Assembly (NCBI RefSeq): GCF_964355755.1
Contig: NC_092671.1
Location: 7,750,001-7,814,000, forward strand
Length of the DNA stretch: 64,000 nucleotides
Reading direction: 5' to 3'
Origin: Antedon mediterranea
Taxonomy: Eukaryota > Animalia > Echinodermata
Shown here: in pieces, positions 26,011 to 39,095 of the stretch
How the letters are laid out: the number at the start of each line of letters is the position of its first letter
Numbering within the stretch: position 1 is the first letter of the stretch
The notes under the pieces: generated by a model
Told to the model about the DNA's origin: nothing
What the model saw: the letters and a program-made list of their open reading frames with translations, nothing else
Databases searched by the model: none
Position numbers and translations under genes: made by a program

Positions 26011-26395
26011 AGCGTGGTTCCCACTTGCCACGCAACACAAGGACGTAACACAACGCAAGTGAATTGACCAATCACAAGCGATGGCTTATTCGCTTGTGAT
26101 TGCTAACTGTCTATAACTTCGCTTGTCATTGGTTAAAACGCTTGCGTTGCGTTTACGTCCTTGCGTTACGTTCTAGTGGGAACCAAGCTTTAAGCTTGGT
26201 TCCCACTAGCGACGCAACGTAACGCAAACTACGCAACGTAAGAAAATGCCCTTCCAATAATTGTGTTTTCCCGCCTGCGTGAAATCAAACCTGCGATGTT
26301 CAGCACTATTGCGTCGTCGGTTCCCACTTGTGATTACGCAATACAATACTTTGTGTCGATACGTTGTTGCGTTGCGTTCTAGTGGGAACCACGCT
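26011..26395. mobile_element. Two adjacent Harbinger-like MITEs (26011-26189 and 26193-26395)
   Basis: TIRs AGC(G/T)TGGTTCCCACT. TAA/TTA triplets at 26008, 26190 and 26396 fit TWA target sites. ACGCA-type subterminal repeats. Confidence 0.85.
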
Positions 26396-29300
26396 TTAAG
26401 AGTTCATCCACAACCAATACCTCTACCTTTAAGTAGGCCTATACCCGTTTTTTTAAAGTTATTCAATTCTTCGAAAATAAAGATGGTTTATTAGCATGGA
26501 ATTTATAAAGGTTGCATATACAGTGTATCAATGTATGGGTTCGAATAAGCACACAACATGTCCAACAGGTTTTTAAAATGGTTAACCAATTTTCGGTATG
26601 GTAACGTACTCTATATCTCTATATTACGAATGTATTAATTACGTATAATTTGTCCACATGTGACGCCTTATTAGGTTAAGTTAGGCTTATGGTCTATTAT
26701 ACAAATGTCACGTGTAGCCTACGTGGTACAAATGTCACATGTGATACAAATGCCACACTGTATCACAACATCTGCCTATGATATTTGGTAAACTTATACA
26801 TGCCTGCAGTACCAAGAATCGGCTATCAAAAGCATCATTTACTGATGATAATTAAATTCTACATTAGTATTGTATCGATATTACTGTAATTAAAGTATTT
26901 GATCGTCTTACGTCCTTCGTGCTATTCATTACGCTATATTCCTATCGTTAAACACCTGAGGTGTTTAAATACACTCTACGTCATATTGTGTTATCTAAAC
27001 ATACCAATTTATTACATCTTATAGTATATTTATGGATATCGATTTACCATTACTTTTTTGTTCATACTACCAGTTAGTAAATAGGTAGATTTAATTTAAT
27101 TGCTTTCTCTGGTCAACGCGTTTACCGTCGTTTGTAACGCTCCTATTTTGACGTGGTTCAATCCGCATGGGAGTCATTGAGTTGTTCGACTAAAAGTTTT
27201 CTCCACCTCGTACTAGTCAAATCTTTTCCAAGTGATTGCGTTCAGTGTTAACACTAGTCGTCAAGACTCACTGTACAGATGTCTTCATTACGACAATTAC
27301 AAGAATCATCGAAGCATAATTGTCAAATGTTACGACGAAGCACAGATCCTACGATGAAACACGTTCCCCCCAGGTCTCATTATCCCCATGACACTCTCAA
27401 TAGGTGACAAGTAATAGGATGACTATATTAATTTTTCAATAGTTCAATCAGTCCGACATTAAATTGTGTTGATTCTCGGCGAGGGACTTGTATATTTAGA
27501 GATTAATAAGAAAGAGTTAAAAACGATATTATTTTTTCACGTGTTCTTCAACACAATATCATCAACGTATAAAGGCCATTCGTATACATATCCGAAAAAC
27601 ATTTCAATGTAACGAATGCTAATAAATTTAGAAAGAATTTAGCCCCCTGAAGAATAATTCAAACAATAATGATTAAAATAAAACGAAATCAATTTCATAA
27701 TATTCAGTAATATAAACGTCACATTGCTTAAGTGTACTTTTGAATAACTCTTTTCTTAATAAACACAGTACAGTTGTTGTTTTCGACGCGTTTAAACAAT
27801 AACTCGATACGGTATAAATCATTGAGATTGTCTGATGAGATACCGTATGTAGTAATTTTCATATTTTATATATTATGCTCAAATGCGTATTTACGGGATT
27901 AAACAGGCCCAATGCTCAAAATTTGCAAATTTTAAACTATAAATCAATGATATTATTTGAAGGGAGGTGGTCGCGAGCAAAAGGAAATATTCAGAATGCT
28001 ATTATATTAATGTATAAAACGAAATCATACACATAAATGGCCAATTTAGATAACGCAGTTCAAATTATTGAAAAATGGTTACAAATTACAATATAAAAAG
28101 ATCTGTTCTCACCTTTCAAATACAAACTTCAATTGAATAACATTACCTGTATATTATCTGTGGTGTGAGAAATTGAAATTGCCAGTTTTCTCAATTTAAT
28201 AATATAATTTCTGTCCTTGTTTTAGCACCTTTCCTTAAGTTTTCTCGTCTTATATTGTTTTTTTCTTTTTCAACGACATGTCATCGTAGCCAACGGCTTG
28301 TACAACTTGATGTTTCAATCGCGTGTACGCGTCCGAGCGTGACTACTCTAAATATCCACAATAAATTGAAAACCGCCAAGTTCTTCTCGACGGCCTACGT
28401 ACTCACAAGTATTCCCATTAGTACACGTTAATTATTCACGAGACCGCGGGACTAAAATATACCGACTTACAGAAAATTAGCGGCTTACGAAGCATATTGA
28501 TGTGAAGATAATAACAAAACGGTTTAATTATTGGTTATCGTTTGAAACAACAAATTACAGAGAAACTGTTGTTAAAAAAATTCTTGGTTTAGAATACTGG
28601 TTGTGATTAAGTGCACTATGTGAGATACATTCGACGTAAATTTTTTTTCGGCCCAAACGTGTATAAAATGTACGTTTTTCTTCATTTACATATTACTAAA
28701 AAAAGAAAAGTTGCAGCCCACTCCGTAAAAAGTTTTGACTTTGTGGCATGTAACGCGATGGCATGCACCGCGACGGGTTCCGTAAAAATAGGCCCAGTAA
28801 ACGCGTTCAAAAGATTGTTCGTGTAATTGAACTGGAAGTTCTAAACCGTCTATTTAAACATTATTTTGGCTGATAACTAAATTGACGAACTTAAATCACG
28901 CATTTATTGCTACTGAAGGGACAATTCAAACAAAATTCGATTTCATTATTAAAACTACAAACGTTTAAAATACTTCTTCTGCTTCTAATGATGATATTAT
29001 TTGACCACCCGCAGAAAAAGAAACTTTTCCTGCAACTATTACGTTATGTTTTATTGTTTCAAAACCCGTTAGAAATCGTCTTCTTTGCAATCAGCATTAA
29101 TAAATAACGTAAATGATACATATTGTTATTGTTGTCCAAGTTCAACAAAACCCCCGAATTAGAAGGACACATGTTTCAATTATTTATTTTCACGTGTCCG
29201 TTAACAATATTTTTTTTCTCAAGGTCTTTCATAAAAGATGGTTTACGTTGAGGCCTTGTTATAAGTGAATATTCTTCTTCGGCTTTTTTTGTGGGCAATT

Positions 29301-32300
29301 GTTGGCCTACTATAATTGACTATCACACTTTCTATTATCTCAATTTTATTTTATCTTGTTCGTCTATTGAATATGTAATAGGCCTATGGACGTGCGCTTT
29401 GATAACTGTATCTATAACAATTGAATTTTTATCGGTGTATGATTGAAGTATTAAGTTGTTTTTATAACGAAGGTGTTTGACTAGTGATAATAACTACCAG
29501 GCCTGGAGCAAGTGGCCACTCTTTTGTGTGTGCGGTAAGAGCAATATAGGCCTAACGAAATTAATATGTTAATTTTGAATATGGTATATTTAAATTAATT
29601 ATTGCATTTTCAATGCACATTGTTATTATCTTCAATATTATATAATGTATTCTTCTAAAAGTTAAGGTAAGCTTGTCTGTCGACAACTCTTTCCATTTGA
29701 ACAAATAAATAAATGAAGAAATAAATATTCGGTAGTTCTGTCCTCAATATGAAAATCAAATATGAGAAGTCTGCCTTTTGAAAACACAATATTGGTCAAT
29801 GAGAAAACTATATTTGACCAAAGTCCTTCACTTCCTTGCTGGCGGTCAATGGTAATTCCTGAATCTTTGATCTTTAACATCCATTTTCTGACGAATAGGT
29901 CTAATTATTCTTATTTAATGAAGATTTAGTACTGATGAAACCAGAATACGCTTAATGGTAAGCAATTTACCCGGCCGTCGACAAGGAAGCTAAATCTATC
30001 TAGGCCTAGCTATTGAAAATGTGATAATTTAGTACCGTATTATATGGCCATTCTCGACTCCAACGCGTTGTCGCGTTTCCTCGTTGATGACTGTTGACGG
30101 TCTAAACGGATTAATTAAACCAATTAGTAAATGATTTTGATTGGATTTGAACGCATCATTTATACCAATGCCTCTAGCTTATTTTTGAAACAAGCTTCTG
30201 TGTGTTAGTTTACAGGTATTAATTACGAAAGAGTTGAGTCAAAACAATATTGAACGTGGAATTAATAGTAGATTAAGGGTCGTCAGTTAATATTACCGCC
30301 CTCTCTACGGAGTCATTAGCGAATCAAGCCATTGAGGGTCATTGAGCTAAAGTTATAATATCTTTATTATCTAAAAGTGTTATCTTTCGTCTAAAAGTTT
30401 TCCAGAATTAATTTCTTAAAAGAACGCCAGCACTCGAGATTTAATATCAAGCACTTGTTCCGTTGTTTAACGGACCGCGATATCGTGTGAAATAATGGAA
30501 AATCATAATATACCGTAAAGGATTGAAAGACGTCTTCCGTTCGCTGAAACAGAACAAAATGTAAGCCTATATGAACAATATTGCACCATAGCCTTGTTTT
30601 CAACAAAAACTCATTATTTGACAATTATAACTTTTCCTGATAGTTTTTTCAAGTTTTTGGTTAGATCGGACGACAGCGCATCTGTAAAAGTGATGAAGTT
30701 TAAAAAAAAAAGAAAACATTGAAATTTAATCATCTTTCCTTGACACAAATTTAGTCTTCTTTTTATTTGTTAAAAGCCGTTGGAAATTGGTGTGAATTAT
30801 AAAATAACATGATTCACATCAACAGTATTATGCGCCTATAAGTTAGTTATAAGTTAGTTATGCGCGACACTTGTCGGATGGCTCAGTGATAATTCTCGAT
30901 GTGTTGAAAATGTTAGGTTTGCGTCATTTCAAAGTAGTTCAACAACCGAGCAGAATGATACTAATGTCGTCATTGGATAAGTAAGATGACGATTTCTTAT
31001 GACTGTTTCGATAAGTCGTCTTTCTTTTATCAGTTTATTTAACCGTATTATTAATTAATGATATGAATCATTTAGAAGAATGTAACTAATTAGGATTCTT
31101 AGATACACATGTTTTCTTAATTCTGAGTACAGCCTAATTAATTTGTGTACAAGGATTTATATTAATCTAACAGCGAAAGTTATCATAACGTTTTTTCTTT
31201 AAAATTGATCAAATAAGTCTCGTTTAAGTTTCTGAAATGTACAAATAAATACCGTTAAATGTTGTTCTTTTGTACTTTTTGTACTGAAAATGAAACCATG
31301 TTGATTTCTTTTTTACGGTATACGGTATTATACCTTATCACACACCTGGGCGTTCTCTGATTATTTTTGTATAACCCAAAGCATTTACTGCACCAACGTT
31401 CTATTTTATATTTAAATCGTTCTATCTCACGTTCAATTAGAAAAAAAAACTTTAAGAAGATTGAGAAACGCAATGAGAATGTTCACCGACGTACCGAGCC
31501 TGCCTCGTGTCACTGTTCTTGAATTAAGTACACGTTTACTTTTGAGCAGTAATGTGAACAAAATGAATGTTTTGTATTATTTGTTGAATAGCGAGAATTG
31601 TGTCACTAGAGTAATGGAGTCAAGTCATGGAAATAATGTCCCAATCCAACTTTGCATATATAGTATTAATAACTTAAACAATAAAAAACAATAAAACTAT
31701 AAGAAAATTCAATTCAAATCACACAGTATTTGTTCTGTAGAGGATGATTTAATAATGTTTTTTTTTTACTTTCTGCTGCTGAGTACCGGTAGTGCAACAA
31801 CTGAAACTTCAAGACTTTCTTAACTTTATTTACTTCTTATAGAAATCATAGTGTACCGCAAACATTAGATAAATAATTTAAATAATAGATTATAATCCTA
31901 AATTGAAGACTTTGTCGTCAATATCACCAGTTAGCTGGGTCATAGAAAAGTAAGTACATGGCTTGGCGTATGGGAAGATTGTAAAGGTATTCCACGGTCG
32001 GACGCTTTGATCTTTTGTTTGGTATACAAGATAGTAATTATTAAATCTAACGGCCTCCTTGATCATTAACCGTAAATAACAACCTTAGCTATTGTTTAAA
32101 CTAAATCATGATTACAGGTACATTTTAATTACTCCTAAGCCTGTGAAAATCTACTTGTTTTGTAATAGACCATCTTAAAGTACCGACTAACTTAAGGAGT
32201 TTTCCCAACAGTTATAAAGTGAGCAATTCTTTGTACTGGAATCCCATCCTTGATCTTGAATAGTAAAACCGTTTGGAAATAGTTCTTTGATGTTGACAAT

Positions 32301-32907
32301 AGGTAACGAAATGAAATAGCAGATATAATGCAAACTTGCGGTGATTGCTGCCTCTAGAATAATCAATCAAAGTCTTAAATTCTACCGTTGAAGGTGTTCT
32401 CTTTCGTCTATGGAATCCTGTCATAGATATTGTTTTTATGACAAAACAAACAATATTAAACACGCTGTATGATAAGGCTTTGTATGTTTGTTTGCTTATA
32501 TTATACATCCAATATATAAAATATTGAATTATTTTTTGTATAGGCCTACTGTCTTATTTATTTATTTACTTATTTATTTATTCACTGGTGTTTATTGTAA
32601 ATATTTATTATTTTCTAAGGTTTCTTATTAACTTAAAGATCTGTGATCTGCTCAGATCTTAAAATATGCATCCTCATGTACTGGATTGTGGTAGTTGTAG
32701 TATATAAATTGAATTGAATTCTCAACATAAACGTAATTACTATACTAATAATATTAGATGATAAGGTGTTTTAAAATGTTTACACTTATGTCCATTAGGC
32801 ATTAGGTACATTAATGGACGAAGCTGAACATTAATGAGGATATTGCACGATAAAGATATGTTATCGTGACTTTGTATGAAGGTTATAAGCAGACGATAAC
32901 AAAATAA

Positions 32908-33067
32908 AGCTTTGTCTACACTATCAAACTTTTTGTGACAAAAACATGTGATGTTCCCATATATAGAGATGATGATGTCATATCACCACCATATTTGGGC
33001 ATAGCACTAACATATATGTGCACATCACACTTTTTTGTCAAACTAGTTTGATAGTGTAGACAGAGCT
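32908..33067. mobile_element. Harbinger-like MITE family A, full-length copy
   Basis: TIR AGCTTTGTCTACACTATCAAACT / AGTTTGATAGTGTAGACAGAGCT, flanked by TAA and TTA. Confidence 0.85.
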
Positions 33068-33642
33068 TTAAGGAAATATGATGTTGATATTTTAGGCCTA
33101 CTGTAGTCCTGCTGATGAACGTATCAATTCAGGGCTCATCGATTATACTTAGTTGTCTCTTATTGTGGTAATTACCAAAATAACTTGACAAAAAATAAGT
33201 AGTAGGCCTATAATAAATATTCCAAGCAATCATAACAACTATAATAAGATAATAAGACTGACCTACTGGTATTTAATTAAAGGGAACAGAATAATGTGAA
33301 TGAGAAAGATTGTAAAATAATAATAATATAGTAATTCTGTGTCAATCACATAAGCATAATAAATCAATAGAAATAACAAAAATGTACCGTACATAGCGCC
33401 ATGTTTACAGTTACAAAGATCTTTTCAAATGTAAGCCAATTACGCCTAACAATTGATTTAACTTGTAATTCATTATAGGTTTATAAATCTTAAATACAGT
33501 TAAATATGTATACATATTTTATTATCATTTTATTAGCATTTTATTCTTATAGGCAATAGCCTAATGTTGTTATAAAAAACAAACAAGCAAAATACATTGA
33601 TAGATCCAAATAACGAAAAAGATTACAAAAAGGAACAAACAA

Positions 33643-34132
33643 TTTATAGATGACCAGATTTCGATTCTCATTTGGATGAAATGTTTTATGACTCAAAAAT
33701 AAAACGATAAGTTAATAATAATTAGGCCTATTTATGTGATATCGAAATATAAGATAAACTTTTAAATATATATATATTATTGATAATTTTTAAATTCATA
33801 ATTAAACTGAACATAATAACTATTTTAAAATGTAATGATTAACCAAAAGAAAAATATAGATTTAACATGTTCCTGAAGTAATGAGTAGACAACAGTTTAT
33901 AGACGACCAGATTTCGAATCTCATTTGATGACATGTTTTGTGATGCTAAAATAAAACGATAATAGTAATTAGGCCTATTTATGTGATATCAAAATATAAG
34001 ATAAACTCTTATAAAACTATAAACTATGTATTATTACTATATTTTTGAATTCATAATTCAACTAAACATAATATCTATTTTAAAATGTAATGATTAACCA
34101 AAAGAAAAATATCGATTTAACATGTTCCTGAA
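33643..34132. repeat. Tandem duplication, unit about 250 bp, two copies
   Basis: TTTATAGA.GACCAGATTTCGA.TCTCATTTG ... TTTAACATGTTCCTGAA occurs at about 33643-33877 and 33896-34132. Confidence 0.85.
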
Positions 34133-35809
34133 ATAATGATAGGAAAACTAAATTAATTGGTTAATAATTAATTCGGTACATCGACGAAGTGAAAACCAAT
34201 GTAAAGATAGCGATATACAAACAGAAAAAAAATAGATAAAAATTAAACATATATGAGTCTATTTGACTGGTTCGTTCACTACTTATTATCACTATGTTAC
34301 TCCCGTGAGATGTTTGTCGTATTAGATATAAATATTTCAGTAACATTTAGTCGTTTTCTTCACGTCAATGTGTTATGATAATGGGAGACGCAAGATGCGG
34401 AAAAAAGTATACGTTATGGTTCGCTAAGTAGTATTAATTAGAAATAGATATCACACATGATACAATTTCGACGCAATGGCATGTACGGTTCTTATAACTG
34501 TAATTGAAAATTTAAATACAATTAATCAATTAGGGGACATTCGTCGCTATACTACTATCAACGTCGTTTATTTTGCACGAGATGTAACTGACGTTTTATG
34601 CCGTTAATTTGATTTGTGTGATTTAAAAGAAAAACAACATTAGCTAGTCTATAGAGTGTCTGTAATCATTGACATTATCTAATCACGCTGTGATTAGTTG
34701 TGCGCTCTTAATGTCCGTTTATCACACATAAAGAGATGACGGTCCATGCAGTAATGGCTGGTTTTTGTGACAGAAAAGCGGTTTTTTAATGGTTGTTGGC
34801 GCAGAAAATAGAGTTTTATTACCGATATTAATTTGGGGCCCTTTCTACGTAGAGGAGTTCTTATGAGGCTATAATGGAGGCAATATTTCATAAGAACTTC
34901 CAAATCTGTTTTGCTCTAGGGCTTGTTGATATATAAAAAAAAGCACGAGTGTGTTAAAATTGAAAAACGTGTTTGTAAATTGCGCAGTATCGAATTGCGC
35001 AGCTTATGAGTTCTATACGCTATTTCGACGCGTCACGATATCATCCGAGTTGGATTAAATACACATCGTATCGTTTGCGATAGATCTGTTGAGTAAATGT
35101 GAATAATTAATAGAAAGCATTATCTTGGGAAATAAATAATGATGATAAGACTGTAATGGCACTCAAAGAGCTGTAATACAAATATTACGCTAAGATATGA
35201 CTATTCCTTCGAGTTAATAGTCTTTCTATAGTCTATAGGGTGTATTTAGTTGGCGACTCTAAGTATTACATCTTTACTAATGATACAATACTCTCGACAA
35301 AGTTTTTATTATACTAATCGTGATAGATGAGTCTGGATAACCAGTGTTTATCATTTAGTTACTCCACTGTCGACATTAACAGTTTGCCAATATCTATCTC
35401 ATTTATTTGCTTTTCGTTTCATCCCAACGAGAATGTTTTCACGTCTATAATGTCTTTTATTACAGATTATAAAAGATAAAATAGTTCTAAAATAAGAAGT
35501 TCTGATATTTTATTTTAAGCATCATCAGCTAATGAAGCATTAAGCACACTGAGAGTTTCAGGAAGGATATAGCAAAGACATAAGTAGACCATTGTTGTAT
35601 AACTTTGGTAATATTGTGTAAAATAACTACCGGTTTCTATTATTATGTTTAGGAAAAAGATCAAATAAACGTAAAACAAAATACACTAGATTATAGCAAA
35701 GTATACATTTTTATCTCGATTGATTTTACAGTTTTAATTCCTTTCCTGTTTTCCATACATCCGAAAAATATTGAAAACGTTACTAAAAAATGTCTAAGAA
35801 GAAAAAGCA

Positions 35810-36130
35810 AAATTCTAATCTGTTATCAGTTTTGTTGATTTTCAGATATTTTAACATTCAAGTTCTTAGTTTTTCTGTTTTCTACTGAAAATTTAACCAA
35901 CTAAATATAAGAATGACATATATAAATTTTAAACTTTTATCAGTTTTTTGATTTTCAGAGATTTTGATATTCTAAAATCTTAGTTTTTCTGTTTTTGATT
36001 GAAAACTTCACACAAAAATATATGTATAGATTAAAGAACATAAATTCTAACCATTCATTATAGTTTATTTGTAATTTCTAATTACATTCTGATATTAAAA
36101 TTCTTAGTTTTTTGTTTGCTAAATTGAAAG
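35810..36130. repeat. Degenerate tandem repeat, unit about 115-120 bp, three copies
   Basis: AAATTCTAA..TTATCAGTTTT..GATTTTCAGA..TCTTAGTTTTT motifs recur near 35810, 35925 and 36040. Confidence 0.65.
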
Positions 36131-39095
36131 AGTCTCAATCAAAAAACAGTTATTGATTTATTAATTTGGAATGAATGATTGGTTTGTGTTGGGGTTAAAA
36201 ATGAATAACTTCTCAATTTGGATGTTCATTTTATTGAGTCATATTCAATACCAGTAAATCTTTAAAAAATATGATTAGGGCCTATCGGTATACCTTTTAT
36301 CTTATTTGATTACATAACATTCCATATTTTGAATTTTATTTCTTTAATTTTCAGTAGGCCAATGACTGTGCAGTTTGATGGTAATAATTGTATGGCTTTT
36401 CGAATAGGTATTTATAATACATTTTGTCTATTGTTGTTTTAAAAAGATAACCTATAATGTTTAGTTAGTTAATTAAAGATTTTCAACAAAAGACTACATA
36501 TTTATGTTATTATCATTACTATTGGTATTTAGTTTCTATATTTCTTTTTCAACATTGCTAATAAATGGTTCATTTAACTTGTTAGAAACGCTAAACATTA
36601 TTTCCGTAGCATCCGTCAAGTCCGAATTCCTATAATATTAGGAAGGACACTGTTGCCCAAAAGTTCTGCAAATTTTACCTGGTTGTTTCGATTTAGCTTT
36701 TTGCTTATTAAATTATTTTGTATCTCCATTGAGATCCAACGACTGACACCAACAGAATTGTAATTTTTTTTAGTAATTTGCTTTTGGATTTATAAAAAAA
36801 ATATAATAGAGAAAAAAGAAAAAGAAATTCAAATGAAAATTCGTCTTATTGTGTTTGTGTTTTTTTTGTTTGACAAATTAAGCTAGATCTTTGGTATAAT
36901 AAATACAATATGTAACTCTAACATAAAAGATTCCTGCTACAACATTAAAAACAAAATATATATTAAGATATATTACACTATAAATTAAGTAGAATGATAA
37001 TGAAGAAATAAGCACAGAGAACGATGTAATGATGATGTGAACGTTGACAGAACTCTGATGAAGGACAAGTGAGCAATAAAACATATCTCACATCATAATT
37101 AATAGAATATTTTCATAATGACTATGAAGATTAGTTTGTACTATCATATCAGTATTTTTCAAATTACTGATATACAACAATTCTTTCAATCAATCAAGCA
37201 GCGTGTAAATTTGTTCACGGTCTAGCCTCATTACCTATACTGTTTAGATTGCAAGGTGTTAATTTACACGCAGCAATACTAACATTAATGTTTATCTTAT
37301 AATTTACAACAAAAACAGTTTAATCCGTATTTAAATGGATGTATTATAGTAAATTTGCTAGTAAGTGAGAAATATCAACTTTTATGTAAAATATCATTTT
37401 CTTGCCGGGAAATGTTCTAACAGCTTGGCGGCTTGTCATTCGCGAGTATAGTCTCGGTTGTGCGTGTGTTCTACTTGTACGCGGAAATCGTGGAGTTATC
37501 GGTTCCATGAAGCATGTTTTCATGAGTACCTTATAAATTCACACCATTACATCATCTACTTAATTATTTCCTTAACATTTATTTAGATAACATTGTAATA
37601 AAAAATAAATAAAAAATATAATTTACTATGTAGGCTGCTTATAAATCAAATTTGGCAGTTGGAATGCTCTCTTTCTTCTATCACATTGGAACACTATCAA
37701 TGGGAACATAACAACATAACAACAACGGCTATAATGTTTTTACTGTACTGGAGTAAGATGTATTCGATTTATTTCGTTCGATCTGTTTGTTGTGAAGTTT
37801 CAGGACATTATAATAAATATACAATGTTCTGTTTTGTATTGTTTTTATAACCGTTAACCGCATGACAATGACAACCCTCTCAGACCGCGCTTACAAATAA
37901 ACGAAAAAAGATTGTTAGAATGCCATTGATGCGATAGGCCTATACTTATATATTAGATTACAAATGATATTTCGCCCACAAAAGATGTATTCACAATTAC
38001 ACACAGAACAATTTGCAAGACGGAACCAATTCAGCTATAATAAGTATTTATTTATTGAATACAAGATATTCACAAAATATTTACAATAATTACAGATAAA
38101 ATTTGTAGTAAAGCAGAAGCTCTTAATACTGAAGTTACAGTTTAATTCGACCCACGGGATACACCTCTGCTGAGTGTATTTTACAATATGTCAAGGGGGC
38201 GCTAGTTAGTTAGTGACCATGACGAGACAGAAAGTTGATGTTATCATTTGCCTCTGGGCGTCACAGCACATCATACCGTCTTAAATTGGTATCATACAAT
38301 ATTGGTAATAAATTACAATATAACTGAGCTAAACTAAACCTTCAATTACGATTCTTATCATTATGTGCTTAAAACATATTTAAGAAAATTATTTTCATTA
38401 GTTGAAGATTGTTATCTTGTGTCTAGCAATCATCAGACGAAAAAGTTGACTTATTTCGAGAAATAATGAAATTTAAATACGACCTCGTGTGAGAATACAT
38501 GTATATTTTCTAAAATAGTAATTATGAAAATTGTGTTATTTTGGTTTTCTTAAGTACCTTTATTTCTATCTTCCGATGTGTGTTCTGCTAGCGGTCATTG
38601 GATGTCCCATCTCGCCAACAATATAGCATTTATAGTTAGGCCTATAACTTCTACCTATTTATATCACTAGCAAACTTATATTGACCTGGGCGATGTAAAG
38701 ATGTTTTATTTATATTTCGTTGGAATACCTTTCGGAAAGTTAAGCACCCATAATGGATTTAGACCAATACTAAGTATTTACATACTATTTGTAATTTATC
38801 GAGATCGATGTATAACTTATACTCAATTAATACTAGTTTGCTAATAACCAGTATCTTTTGATCGACCTTTATGATTGAGGTCGCCTTTTGAACATTGTTA
38901 CAGTTTTATATTCGTTAAAGGTTTTATTGAGAGCTTACTTACATCCTACATATCAACTTTTATAATGAATAACAATATTATCGCAAATATTATACATTTT
39001 AAGCATTTTCTAAAGCAGAATAAGTCTTACTTATTACATGTAAATGAACGCTATTTACAGTTATTGTTTACAATCTATTAAACACAATAATATTC

